Shown here: positions 52,847 to 60,390 of the stretch, one piece after another
Position numbering within the stretch: position 1 is the stretch's first letter
Layout of the letters: each line of letters starts with the position of its first letter
Virus record (IMG/VR): IMGVR_UViG_3300050821_018287
Location: 28,258 to 92,257 of that record
Reading direction: 5' to 3' (one strand)
DNA from: a virus
DNA length: 64,000 nt
Notes under the pieces: generated by a model
What the model was told of the DNA's origin: nothing
The model's database searches: none
The model's input: only the letters and a program-made list of their open reading frames with translations
Program-made: the position numbers and the translations under genes

Positions 52847-53106
52847 CCGCCGAGCATCTTTCTCGCAGCCCAGGCCTTGGAGACCTCCTCACACCAGGCC
52901 ATGCCCTCCGCGAGGGTCTCAAAGCTCGCCTCGCGGATCTCATCCTCGAAGAAGCACGCGTGAAAGAGCGCGGATTGCCCGAGGTTCGGGTACTGGAGCA
53001 CCCAAGCGATGCGGTGGTCTCCGTAGGTGAAGTACCAGCGGTGATTATCGTCTCCGCCACGAACATCGTTGTCCCACCAGAGGCCTTCCGGCTCCGACAG
53101 CGGCAT
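52843..53106 (-). CDS. small protein related to the array family
   Basis: Contains FETLAEGMAWCEEVSKAWAARKMLGG. Confidence 0.6.
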   Translation of the reverse strand: MPLSEPEGLWWDNDVRGGDDNHRWYFTYGDHRIAWVLQYPNLGQSALFHACFFEDEIREASFETLAEGMAWCEEVSKAWAARKMLGG

Positions 53107-54575
53107 CACCCCTCCAGCGTGAAGCCCAGAGGCATCTGCTGTAGGTCCAGCACCTCGTGCCCCTCGGAGACGTACGCCTTGATGCGGGCGCGTCCGTGCT
53201 TCTCCAGCCACGGGTTGCCTTCGTCCCGGATGTCGTAGACCTCGAAGGAGGTTTTCCCCTCACTCACCCGCATCCCGCGGCCGATCCGCTGGAGGGCGGC
53301 GATGATGGACTTCCCTCCGCTCCCCACCACCACCGAGCGGAGCTGGGGGATGTCCACGCCCTCCTGAAAGATGACCGAGGAGATCAGCACCTCCGTGTGC
53401 CCGGAGACGAGCCGGGAGATGGCGCGCTGGCGCTCCTTCGTCGTGTCCGAGCCCCAGACGAATTCGGCTTTCAATCCCACCTCGCGCAGCTTCCGGTGGA
53501 GGAGCTTCCCGTGGTCAATCTCCTTCACGAAGACGAGGCAGGGCTTGGCCGCGCGCTTCGCCAAGTCCGCCAGCGTCCCGTTCCGCAGGGGGCTCTCCAC
53601 GACGCACTCCCGGTAGACCTTCTGCCAATCGCGCTCCGTCCACCAGGAGGCTTCCTGCTGCACGCGCACGAGGCGGATCCGCGGCTTCGACAGGACACCT
53701 TCCTTGATGAGCAGCTCGGGGCGGATCGAATAGATGACCGGCCCGAGCGCCCCGACGGCGAGGATGGAGCGCTGGTCGGTGCGGGCGAGCGGGGTGCCGG
53801 AGAGGCCGACCCGGTAGTAAGCCGGGCAGCTCATCGCCACCTTGTAGAAGCTGCCCGCCGGCAGCGTGTGGCACTCGTCCACGATGAGCCCTTCGGTTGC
53901 GCGGAGGAGATCTCCCGCCGGAGTCGGCCACACCGCCTCCGTGACGTGGGTCAGCCCGTCCCCGCGCTCAACGCGGACAATCCGGGCCTTCTTGCGCTTC
54001 CGTTCGCGCTCCAGCGCCGCGTAGAGCGTCTGGAACGTCGCGACGGTGAAGCGCTGAACGTCCCACTGCCCGTCGCCGATCCGCCCCGCCTTCTCGTTCA
54101 ACCGCTTCTCGAAGCGCTCTGCCGCCTGCTCCAGAAGGTTTCCCCGGTGGACGAGGAAAAGCCACCGGCACCAGAGCATGCTCGCGAGGCCCGTGGCGAT
54201 CTCCGTCTTCCCCGCGCCAGTGGGCGCCTTGACGATGCCGCGCTTCCGCGCGACGACCGCCAACACCGCGTCGAGCTGGTACTCCCGGAGCCAGTCCAGG
54301 TGGGAGTCCTTCGACGCCTTCGGGTTGCAGACGGGCTCCCGGTTGTCGCCCACCTCGATCGTGACTCCGGCCTCCTTCGCCGCCTTTTGGATGAGGGGGA
54401 GGAAGCCGGTGGGGAAGGTCTGCTCCACGAGGTGGAACAGGTGGATCTTCTCCCCGGCGCGCCCGCGGTGGTAGGCGGTGGCGTCGTCGAAGGCGAGGTA
54501 GTGCCGGAGCCAGGCCACCTCTTCGTCCGTCGCGCGGGTGACTTTCGTGTTGAGGTTACGAACGTCGAGCCACAT
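53106..54575 (-). CDS. superfamily 2 DNA helicase (UvsW-like)
   Basis: LREYQ, PTGAGKT, DECH, SGTP, EGVDIP, QRIGRGMR. Confidence 0.9.
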   Translation of the reverse strand: MWLDVRNLNTKVTRATDEEVAWLRHYLAFDDATAYHRGRAGEKIHLFHLVEQTFPTGFLPLIQKAAKEAGVTIEVGDNREPVCNPKASKDSHLDWLREYQLDAVLAVVARKRGIVKAPTGAGKTEIATGLASMLWCRWLFLVHRGNLLEQAAERFEKRLNEKAGRIGDGQWDVQRFTVATFQTLYAALERERKRKKARIVRVERGDGLTHVTEAVWPTPAGDLLRATEGLIVDECHTLPAGSFYKVAMSCPAYYRVGLSGTPLARTDQRSILAVGALGPVIYSIRPELLIKEGVLSKPRIRLVRVQQEASWWTERDWQKVYRECVVESPLRNGTLADLAKRAAKPCLVFVKEIDHGKLLHRKLREVGLKAEFVWGSDTTKERQRAISRLVSGHTEVLISSVIFQEGVDIPQLRSVVVGSGGKSIIAALQRIGRGMRVSEGKTSFEVYDIRDEGNPWLEKHGRARIKAYVSEGHEVLDLQQMPLGFTLEG

Positions 54576-54580
54576 TTGGG

Positions 54581-54817
54581 CTACCCCTTTTTGGGCTTGT
54601 ACGTCAGCGTCGGGAAGACCGAGGTGTGGAAGGCTTTCTCCAGGATGCCCTCCTGGACGACCTTCCGGATCGCCGGGTCGCTGAGGATGACGTTGAAATC
54701 GGGGCCGGAGCGCGGTTCCGCCTTGAGCGCTTCGAGTGCCTTCTGCGCCTGCTTCGCGAGGCGGCGGCGCCGAAGGAGCCGAGCGCGTTTCTGCGTCTGT
54801 CGGCGGGAGAGGCTCAC
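54581..54817 (-). CDS. small Arg-rich protein carrying a copy of the major capsid N-terminus
   Basis: GTGA-coupled start at 54817. DFNVILSDPAIRKVVQEGILEKAFHTSVFPTLTY versus capsid DFTVILQDPNIRALVQDGILERAFHDALFPRLLY: 22/34 identical, no gaps. Confidence 0.8.
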   Translation of the reverse strand: MSLSRRQTQKRARLLRRRRLAKQAQKALEALKAEPRSGPDFNVILSDPAIRKVVQEGILEKAFHTSVFPTLTYKPKKG

Positions 54818-55114
54818 TTTTCCGGTCTCAAAGTGAGGTCCATCGTGATGAAGTCGGCGGGAGCTGGCGTCCGAACGCGGGCGATCACATTCAACACGTC
54901 TCCCATGATCGACTCGATGGAGATCTTCGTTCCCGGAGGCAGCCGCTTCTCCAGCGACTTCGTGAGTGGCTCCAACGTCGAGCCCAAGACCTGATTCACG
55001 TAAACGCACCGTCGCGCCCGGATCCCCGAGCGCGAGGAGGGATTGTTCCCTCTGCTGACGCTTGCGCGCGTCGGGTGAGCGTCCTCGCCGCTTCTGGAGG
55101 CGCCGCCGGCTCAC
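54814..55114 (-). CDS. small protein, Arg-rich N-terminus and sheath-like C-terminus; apparent +1 frameshift near 55003
   Basis: GTG 55114 to TGA 54814 is 301 nt. Removing one T from CGTTTAC joins SRRRLQKRR...GATVR to YVNQVLG...VIARVRTPAPADFITMDLT. Confidence 0.45.
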
Positions 55115-55359
55115 AGCACCTCCGCCCACATATCCGCCCAGAAAGCCTTGCAGAGGCGCTCACAATCGCCGCAGAGGACGCGAAGCCGGTTCATCTTCTC
55201 GTCCACGTATGCCGTCTCCACCGGCACCTCGAAGCCGGGTTTTCCACACCGCTCCTCGAAACCTTCACACGGACCCGCGGGCAGTCGTCCCCCGAGCGCG
55301 ACGAGCGCCGTGTCAGCCATCGCGCGGCGGCGCCACGCTTTGGAGCGCTTCGACCTCAC
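55111..55359 (-). CDS. small Zn-binding protein with an Arg-rich leader
   Basis: RSKRSKAWRRRAMADTALVALGG...CEG...C...LCGDC. Confidence 0.6.
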   Translation of the reverse strand: MRSKRSKAWRRRAMADTALVALGGRLPAGPCEGFEERCGKPGFEVPVETAYVDEKMNRLRVLCGDCERLCKAFWADMWAEVL

Positions 55360-55613
55360 TTCTTCCTCGGGACCAGATCGACTTTGATGTGCAGGCCCAC
55401 CGCGTCGAGAACCTCCGCCACGGTGTAGATGGTGGGGTTCTTGCTTTGGAGAAGCTGGGCAACACCTTGTCGGGTGATCTGGAGCCGGCGCGCCAGCTCC
55501 GCCCGCGTCAAGCCCTGCGCCAACATCGCCTCCTTCACCATTGCGAAAACCTGCTCGGCGAGCCGCACCGCTTCCTTCTTCGCTTCCTCCTTCAGCTCCG
55601 CGCGCGCCCTCAA
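55356..55613 (-). CDS. XRE-family HTH regulator
   Basis: GLTRAELARRLQITRQGVAQLL...NPTIYTVAEVLDAVG. Confidence 0.8.
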   Translation of the reverse strand: MRARAELKEEAKKEAVRLAEQVFAMVKEAMLAQGLTRAELARRLQITRQGVAQLLQSKNPTIYTVAEVLDAVGLHIKVDLVPRKK

Positions 55614-55843
55614 GCGTCCAACCCCAGAAGCTTCACCGCCTCCGGATTCTGCTCCCGGAAGTAGCGGATGAGGGAGGCCCACTCCACGTACCACCGGCCG
55701 CCGACACGCACTCCGTGGACCTTCTTCTCGTCGATCCAGCTCCGGATCGTCGTGGTGGTGAGGCCCGTCTTCTCCGCGACTTGGGGCGTGGTGACGTAGC
55801 CCTTTTTCGCGAGGATGGCCTCTTGGTTAGGCTTCTCGTCCAT
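55610..55843 (-). CDS. excisionase/MerR-like HTH protein
   Basis: VTTPQVAEKTGLTTTTIRSWI....GVRVGGRWYV. Confidence 0.8.
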   Translation of the reverse strand: MDEKPNQEAILAKKGYVTTPQVAEKTGLTTTTIRSWIDEKKVHGVRVGGRWYVEWASLIRYFREQNPEAVKLLGLDA

Positions 55844-55864
55844 TGACCTTCTCCTTGTTCGATT

Positions 55865-56071
55865 TCATAGTGATTCCTCAAGCCGCCGCACCGTGTCCCG
55901 CGCGAGCGCCTCCAAACACCCGTTGCACGTCACCAGCGCGCGATCCTCGACGCACTGGATGCCCCGCTTCTGGGTGCGTTCATCCGCCTGGAAGCGGTTG
56001 AAGCACCACGTTATCTTCTCCCAGAGCGTCTGGGAGCGGAGGAGGTGGACGGGGAATTTGGCCTTGCGCAT
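55865..56071 (-). CDS. small Zn-binding protein, paralogue of 52072..52320
   Basis: VH...WC...VTCNGCLEALARDTVRRL. Confidence 0.6.
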   Translation of the reverse strand: MRKAKFPVHLLRSQTLWEKITWCFNRFQADERTQKRGIQCVEDRALVTCNGCLEALARDTVRRLEESL

Positions 56072-56074
56072 GGG

Positions 56075-56713
56075 TCAGGTCCCGTTCCACAGCTCGACGA
56101 GGAGCCGAAGCCCCGCGGCGAGGTTGCCTTTATTCCCGGCCTCCTTCGAAGCCTTCTTGAGCGCGGCGCGCATCAGCTTCATCTCCTCCTTCGAGGGGAA
56201 GGCGATCTCCAGCACTGCCGGCTCATTGGGCTCCGGATCCGGCTCGGGTGGCGACTCAATCGCTTCGGGCATGACGTCCTCGCCCGTGTGCGCGACCGCG
56301 GAGAGCAAGTCGGAGATCTCCCCCGGGGAGTAGCCGGTGATGGCGAGGTCCACCTTGTCCCAGCCCTCCTTCTCCAGATTCGCGAGGATGCGCGCGGCGG
56401 CGGAGAGGTCCAGCTCCCCCCGCAACCGGTTCATCCCCAACCGGAGCGCGGCGGCGGTCTGTGGGTCGAAGTTTTCCACGACACAGGGGATGGAGTCGTA
56501 GCCCAGCTCGATCGCCGCGCGAACCCGGTGGTGGCCGTCGATGATCTCGTAGCCGTCGCTGGGTGCGGCTGGATCCCTCGCCACAAGCACCGGCTGGAGG
56601 AAGCCCTCCTTGCGGATGTTCTCGACGAGCGCGGTGTAGGTGGCCTCCTCCATCCGGTTCGGGTTGTCCGGCGCGGTGTGGAGGAGAGCGGGGTTCAGGA
56701 TTTCAATAGACAT
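56075..56713 (-). CDS. ParB/Srx-domain protein
   Basis: NPNRM...LVENIRKEGFLQPVLV...YEIIDGHHR...MNRLRG. Confidence 0.85.
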   Translation of the reverse strand: MSIEILNPALLHTAPDNPNRMEEATYTALVENIRKEGFLQPVLVARDPAAPSDGYEIIDGHHRVRAAIELGYDSIPCVVENFDPQTAAALRLGMNRLRGELDLSAAARILANLEKEGWDKVDLAITGYSPGEISDLLSAVAHTGEDVMPEAIESPPEPDPEPNEPAVLEIAFPSKEEMKLMRAALKKASKEAGNKGNLAAGLRLLVELWNGT

Positions 56714-57035
56714 GGGTCTTTCCTAGTTCCCACCCCAGGACGACCTGTGTCCAGCGGCGGGTGACTTCCTTCTTCGCTCGGGACAGGGCCCGCTCGAAAG
56801 TGGCGTACCGGGCGACGATCCTCACCGACTCGTACGGCCAGTTGTTGACGATGAACGGGCGGGTAGCTCCTACCCAAGAGATCTGCCCGCGCCGCGGCCC
56901 CAGCTTCGCCTGGGACGGAGCCTTGAAGACGTAGATGGACTTGCACCGTGGGGCGGAGACGCGGAACCAGCCGCGCCCCGCGCCCCGCGGGTTTTTGCAC
57001 TGCGTCACGCGGACGGGTGGCTTACGCTCTCTCAT
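56703..57035 (-). CDS. hypothetical protein
   Basis: ATGA-coupled; contains YATFERALSRAKKEV. Confidence 0.55.
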   Translation of the reverse strand: MRERKPPVRVTQCKNPRGAGRGWFRVSAPRCKSIYVFKAPSQAKLGPRRGQISWVGATRPFIVNNWPYESVRIVARYATFERALSRAKKEVTRRWTQVVLGWELGKTHVY

Positions 57036-57400
57036 CGGGCGCGCTTTCTCCGCGGCTCCGGCAGAGCCCCGTTCTCCAGCCACTCGTCCGTGTCGTCGTA
57101 GACGAGATCGAAGGCATCCACGTCGAGCTGCGCTGGGTCGTACATCCCGAGCCGACTGGCGATCCGAAGCATCTGCGTTGAGGCCTCATTTTTCTCCATG
57201 AAGATGAGCGCTCCAGCGCAGTGAGCCTCCACCTTCTTCGGCCCGCCCTTGACGCCCGTCGTTTGGTGACAGGCGAACGTTCCTCCCGGGTTGCCCAAGA
57301 CTGTCTCCGAGATCTCCTCGATGCGCCCAGAGGTGAGCGGGATGCCTCCCTTCCGAAGAAAGGGGCAGTCCGCGCACGGCCGCTTCATTCCGTAGTTCAT
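57032..57400 (-). CDS. Cys-rich hypothetical phage protein
   Basis: PCADCPF...FACH.T...HCAGALIF. Confidence 0.65.
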   Translation of the reverse strand: MNYGMKRPCADCPFLRKGGIPLTSGRIEEISETVLGNPGGTFACHQTTGVKGGPKKVEAHCAGALIFMEKNEASTQMLRIASRLGMYDPAQLDVDAFDLVYDDTDEWLENGALPEPRRKRAR

Positions 57401-57948
57401 CGCTCCTCCCAAAGCCGCTTCAGCTCACCGTCCTTCCGGGCCCGCGCCCGGAGCTTCTCCACCGCCCGTTGCACCCGGCGCGCGGGCACCCGCGCCTCCT
57501 CCGCCACCTCCCGCGGCCAGCGATCCGACATCACCGCCTCCCGACCCAGGCCACTCCTGTCGTTCCCCCGGACCCAGGCCCTCACCCGGCCCTTCCAGCG
57601 CTCGTCGTGAAGACGCGCATCCGCTGGTGCCGCGGGCGCTCGGAGAAAGCCGGTGGCCGAGAGTGGGAGCCGGCGCACCTCTTCAAGCCGGTGACGCTCA
57701 CCGTGGGAGGAGTTGACCGGGGTCCCGTTCTGCCAGAGGTAGGAGCGGACCGCGTACATGGCGGCGTTCCCCGCGTAGGCGGCGAAGCGGACACCGCGCC
57801 CGGGGTCAAACGTCTTCGCCGCCCGGAGCACCGCCAGGACGGCCTCCTGGAAGAGGTCCGCCTTGTCGATGCCGTAGGAGCCGCGCCGGGCGTAACCGGC
57901 GGCGACGTCCCGGGCGATGCGCTGCACTTCGTCGATGTCCGGCTTCAT
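57397..57948 (-). CDS. sigma70-family RNA polymerase sigma factor
   Basis: Region 2 DLFQEAVLAVLRAAKTFDPGRGVRFAAYA; region 4-like REVAEEARVPARRV. Confidence 0.8.
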   Translation of the reverse strand: MKPDIDEVQRIARDVAAGYARRGSYGIDKADLFQEAVLAVLRAAKTFDPGRGVRFAAYAGNAAMYAVRSYLWQNGTPVNSSHGERHRLEEVRRLPLSATGFLRAPAAPADARLHDERWKGRVRAWVRGNDRSGLGREAVMSDRWPREVAEEARVPARRVQRAVEKLRARARKDGELKRLWEER

Positions 57949-58322
57949 GGCTTTTCTCCACGGGCCTTGGCCAAGAATTCCCTGGCCAGGTCCATCAGCC
58001 GCTTCGTGTTGGTCGGTGTTTCGAGGACAGCGACCGCGAGCGCGTAGCCCAACGGCGCCGCGGAGGCCAAGAGCGCGTCCGCGTCGCAGCTCGCGATCGT
58101 CCCGCTCTCGTTGAAGGTGATGTTGCGGGACATTGCTGAGCACGTTGCTGAGCACGTGCTGCCGTCAGCGGACACGTAGGTCCGGTCGTGGTCCCGCTCT
58201 CCGAGGTGGAGGTGCGGAAAGAGCCGGAAGGCGTGCCCACCCGGGCCCGTCGTCTTGGGGTTGACCGAGGGGTGATCCCCCACGCAAGCGAACCACGGTC
58301 CTGGAGTGAACTTAGGCTTCAT
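57945..58322 (-). CDS. hypothetical phage protein (TPGPW family)
   Basis: KFTPGPW...ADALLASAAP...AKARGE. Confidence 0.65.
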   Translation of the reverse strand: MKPKFTPGPWFACVGDHPSVNPKTTGPGGHAFRLFPHLHLGERDHDRTYVSADGSTCSATCSAMSRNITFNESGTIASCDADALLASAAPLGYALAVAVLETPTNTKRLMDLAREFLAKARGEKP

Positions 58323-58620
58323 GGCGAAGCTCCTTCAGCATGGCGTCCTTCTCGGCTTCGATCTTCTTCAGGTCGATCTCGAAGAAGCGCGCGAGGAGGC
58401 TCTGGATGGACTCGTTGTGGCTGTAGAGGACGTCCTTTGGCGTATCACAGTGCCAGCGGTGGGAGCGCCGGCAGGCTTCCGGGCACGCGCACGCGGCGGT
58501 GTGCTCGTGGTACGCCGCGAGCTGGATGCCCTGCTCCCCCAACCACTCGATGAACTCGCCGACCCGCTGAGCGAAGGGGAGGATCTTGGCCTGCTTCTCG
58601 TGCTCCGGGTAGGACTTCAA
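58312..58620 (-). CDS. hypothetical protein
   Basis: YPEHEK...GEFIEWL...LLARFFEID...EAEK. Confidence 0.6.
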   Translation of the reverse strand: MKSYPEHEKQAKILPFAQRVGEFIEWLGEQGIQLAAYHEHTAACACPEACRRSHRWHCDTPKDVLYSHNESIQSLLARFFEIDLKKIEAEKDAMLKELRHEA

Positions 58621-59147
58621 GGCGCACCTCCCACCTTGAGCAACGCCTCCGCGGCGTACGCTTTGCGGAGGACGGGGTTGTGCTTCGCGGCGCGGAGCTT
58701 CTTCGCGTCCGTGCCGATGTTGATGGCCCACTGTGGCGCCCAGATCTCCGCAGCCACCGTCATGTTGAACGAGTCGACGGAGCGACCGTTGAGGGTCTTC
58801 ACGCGGAGCCCGGCCTGGGTGAAGGCGACGAAGAGGAGGGATCTCGCCGAGGTTCCCGGGGCGTAGGGGATCGGCACCCACCCCCGCGCGCGCAGGCGAA
58901 GCTTCTGCGCCGCGAGACGCTGGCCCGGGGTGAGCCCTCGCGGACGCTCCTTCGCCTTCAGCGGCACCACCGGGTAGAGCGAATCGATGGTGTGGCGCAG
59001 GCCCTTCGCCGCGCGGAGGTACTTCCGGCGTGCGTTGGCGCGGGCGATGCGGCCCTGGTTGAGAGAGAGCGAGGCGAGTGCTTTGCGGAGGTCTTTCAGC
59101 CGGTGGATGACGTCCGGCACCTCCGACTCGAAACGGATTCGGTACAT
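58617..59147 (-). CDS. hypothetical basic protein
   Basis: AAAGGAG then ATG 59147. Confidence 0.65.
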   Translation of the reverse strand: MYRIRFESEVPDVIHRLKDLRKALASLSLNQGRIARANARRKYLRAAKGLRHTIDSLYPVVPLKAKERPRGLTPGQRLAAQKLRLRARGWVPIPYAPGTSARSLLFVAFTQAGLRVKTLNGRSVDSFNMTVAAEIWAPQWAINIGTDAKKLRAAKHNPVLRKAYAAEALLKVGGAP

Positions 59148-59213
59148 GGTGGTCTCCTTTGGGAGCGGGATCGCTCCATCGGGAGCCCGAGTCGTCCCGG
59201 GCTCCCTGTGCAA
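59148..59213 (-). repeat. structured intergenic repeat, copy A
   Basis: TTGCACA-GGGAGCCCGGG-ACGA-CTCGGGCTCCC-GAT-GGAGCG-ATCC-CGCTCC-CAAAGGAG. Confidence 0.8.
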
Positions 59214-59450
59214 CTACCCCGCCTTCTTCTCCGCGTTGGTCGGGCCGAGCTTCCCGATCCACTTGTCCAGCTTCCCTCGCAACGCCCTCAGCTCAGTCGT
59301 CGCCTGCGCGGCGGTCCAGTTGGCGTAGCGCTTGTGGCCGCACCCGGCGCAGGGGACCGGCACCCCCGCTTCCGCCTTCAACGCCCGGACAACCGTGTCC
59401 ACAACATCCCGGGCGTTCCTCAACTGGATCAGCATCTCCGGACGGGTCAT
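59214..59450 (-). CDS. small hypothetical protein (CxxC)
   Basis: ATGA-coupled; PCAGCG. Confidence 0.55.
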   Translation of the reverse strand: MTRPEMLIQLRNARDVVDTVVRALKAEAGVPVPCAGCGHKRYANWTAAQATTELRALRGKLDKWIGKLGPTNAEKKAG

Positions 59451-60316
59451 GACTCGCCACCAGCCGCCAGCGCCGCCGCGGCCAGGTTCGCCTTCAGCCC
59501 GTCGAGCCGGCCCCGGAGCGCGTCCAGCTTGACGTCCAGGAGCGCCTCGTACGCCAGCACCTTCTCCGTCACCTCCGCACATCGGGAGGCACGGGTCTTC
59601 AGCGCCCGCTCCCCCACCGCGTCGGGAGTGCCCAAGTCCTCCTCCAGGAGCGCCGCCTCCGCCTCCGCCTCGCGGGTGATGGCGTCAAGGATGGCAGCCA
59701 CCGCCTCCTCTGACTTCAGGGCCGGGACTTCCGCGAAGAAGTGGCCCGACACCGAACGGATCGCGGTGATGATCCGCTGCCAGCGGTCCACCGTCGCGTA
59801 GGGGATGAAGTAGATGCCGCCCATGTCCCGCAAGGAAACCGCGTTCACCTCCCGCACCAGCTTCGCCAGCCAGTTGGAGATGTCGGAGGAGTCCAGCTTG
59901 GAGAGCTGGGCGTTGAAGGACGCTTGGATCTCCGCGCCCGTCTTCTCCTCCGACTCGTTGCTGGCGATGGTGACTCCGCCGGTCTTCGCGCACTCCGCGC
60001 TCAGCACCTCGCGGAAGATGAGCTTGCCGTCCACTTCCTCGCGCCGGCACAGCGCGATCTCCCTCTCGTCCCCCTTCCGGGTGCGGACGATGGTGGACTT
60101 GTTCTCGTAGCCCTTCATGACGCGCCGGAGGATCCGGTAGTCCGAGGGCACCGGCGGAAGCGACTCCTCGGGGAGCCCCGCCAGCTTCCAGGCAACCGCG
60201 AGCTTGTCCTGGTCGACTTCCCCGGACAGCCTCCACCACGAAATGCACCCGGCGGTCGCCACCGCGTCCTGCACCGCCACCACTCCACCCACGACATTCG
60301 ACTTGACTGCGCCCAT
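59447..60316 (-). CDS. conserved-looking phage early protein
   Basis: AAGGAG then ATG 60316; GCISWWRLSG, VSLRDMGGIYFIP, C-terminal coiled coil. Confidence 0.7.
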   Translation of the reverse strand: MGAVKSNVVGGVVAVQDAVATAGCISWWRLSGEVDQDKLAVAWKLAGLPEESLPPVPSDYRILRRVMKGYENKSTIVRTRKGDEREIALCRREEVDGKLIFREVLSAECAKTGGVTIASNESEEKTGAEIQASFNAQLSKLDSSDISNWLAKLVREVNAVSLRDMGGIYFIPYATVDRWQRIITAIRSVSGHFFAEVPALKSEEAVAAILDAITREAEAEAALLEEDLGTPDAVGERALKTRASRCAEVTEKVLAYEALLDVKLDALRGRLDGLKANLAAAALAAGGES

Positions 60317-60390
60317 TTTCGTTTCTCCTTCTTTGGGAGCACCGTTGCTCCATCGAGGCGCCCGGGACTTCCCCGAGCGCCCCTGTGCAG
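60317..60390 (-). repeat. structured intergenic repeat, copy B
   Basis: CTGCACA-GGGGCGCTCGGG-GAAGT-CCCGGGCGCCTC-GAT-GGAGCA-ACGG-TGCTCC-CAAAGAAGGAG. Confidence 0.8.

Noticed and set aside
55356-55843. XRE and excisionase-like genes as a lysogeny switch
   Set aside because: Both are co-oriented inside an operon, with no divergent promoter region, integrase or att site visible; lifestyle cannot be called.
59195-59230. GG-N10-GC sigma54-like spacing at repeat copy A
   Set aside because: The -24 GG is absent from copy B, and the conserved feature across copies is base pairing rather than promoter spacing.
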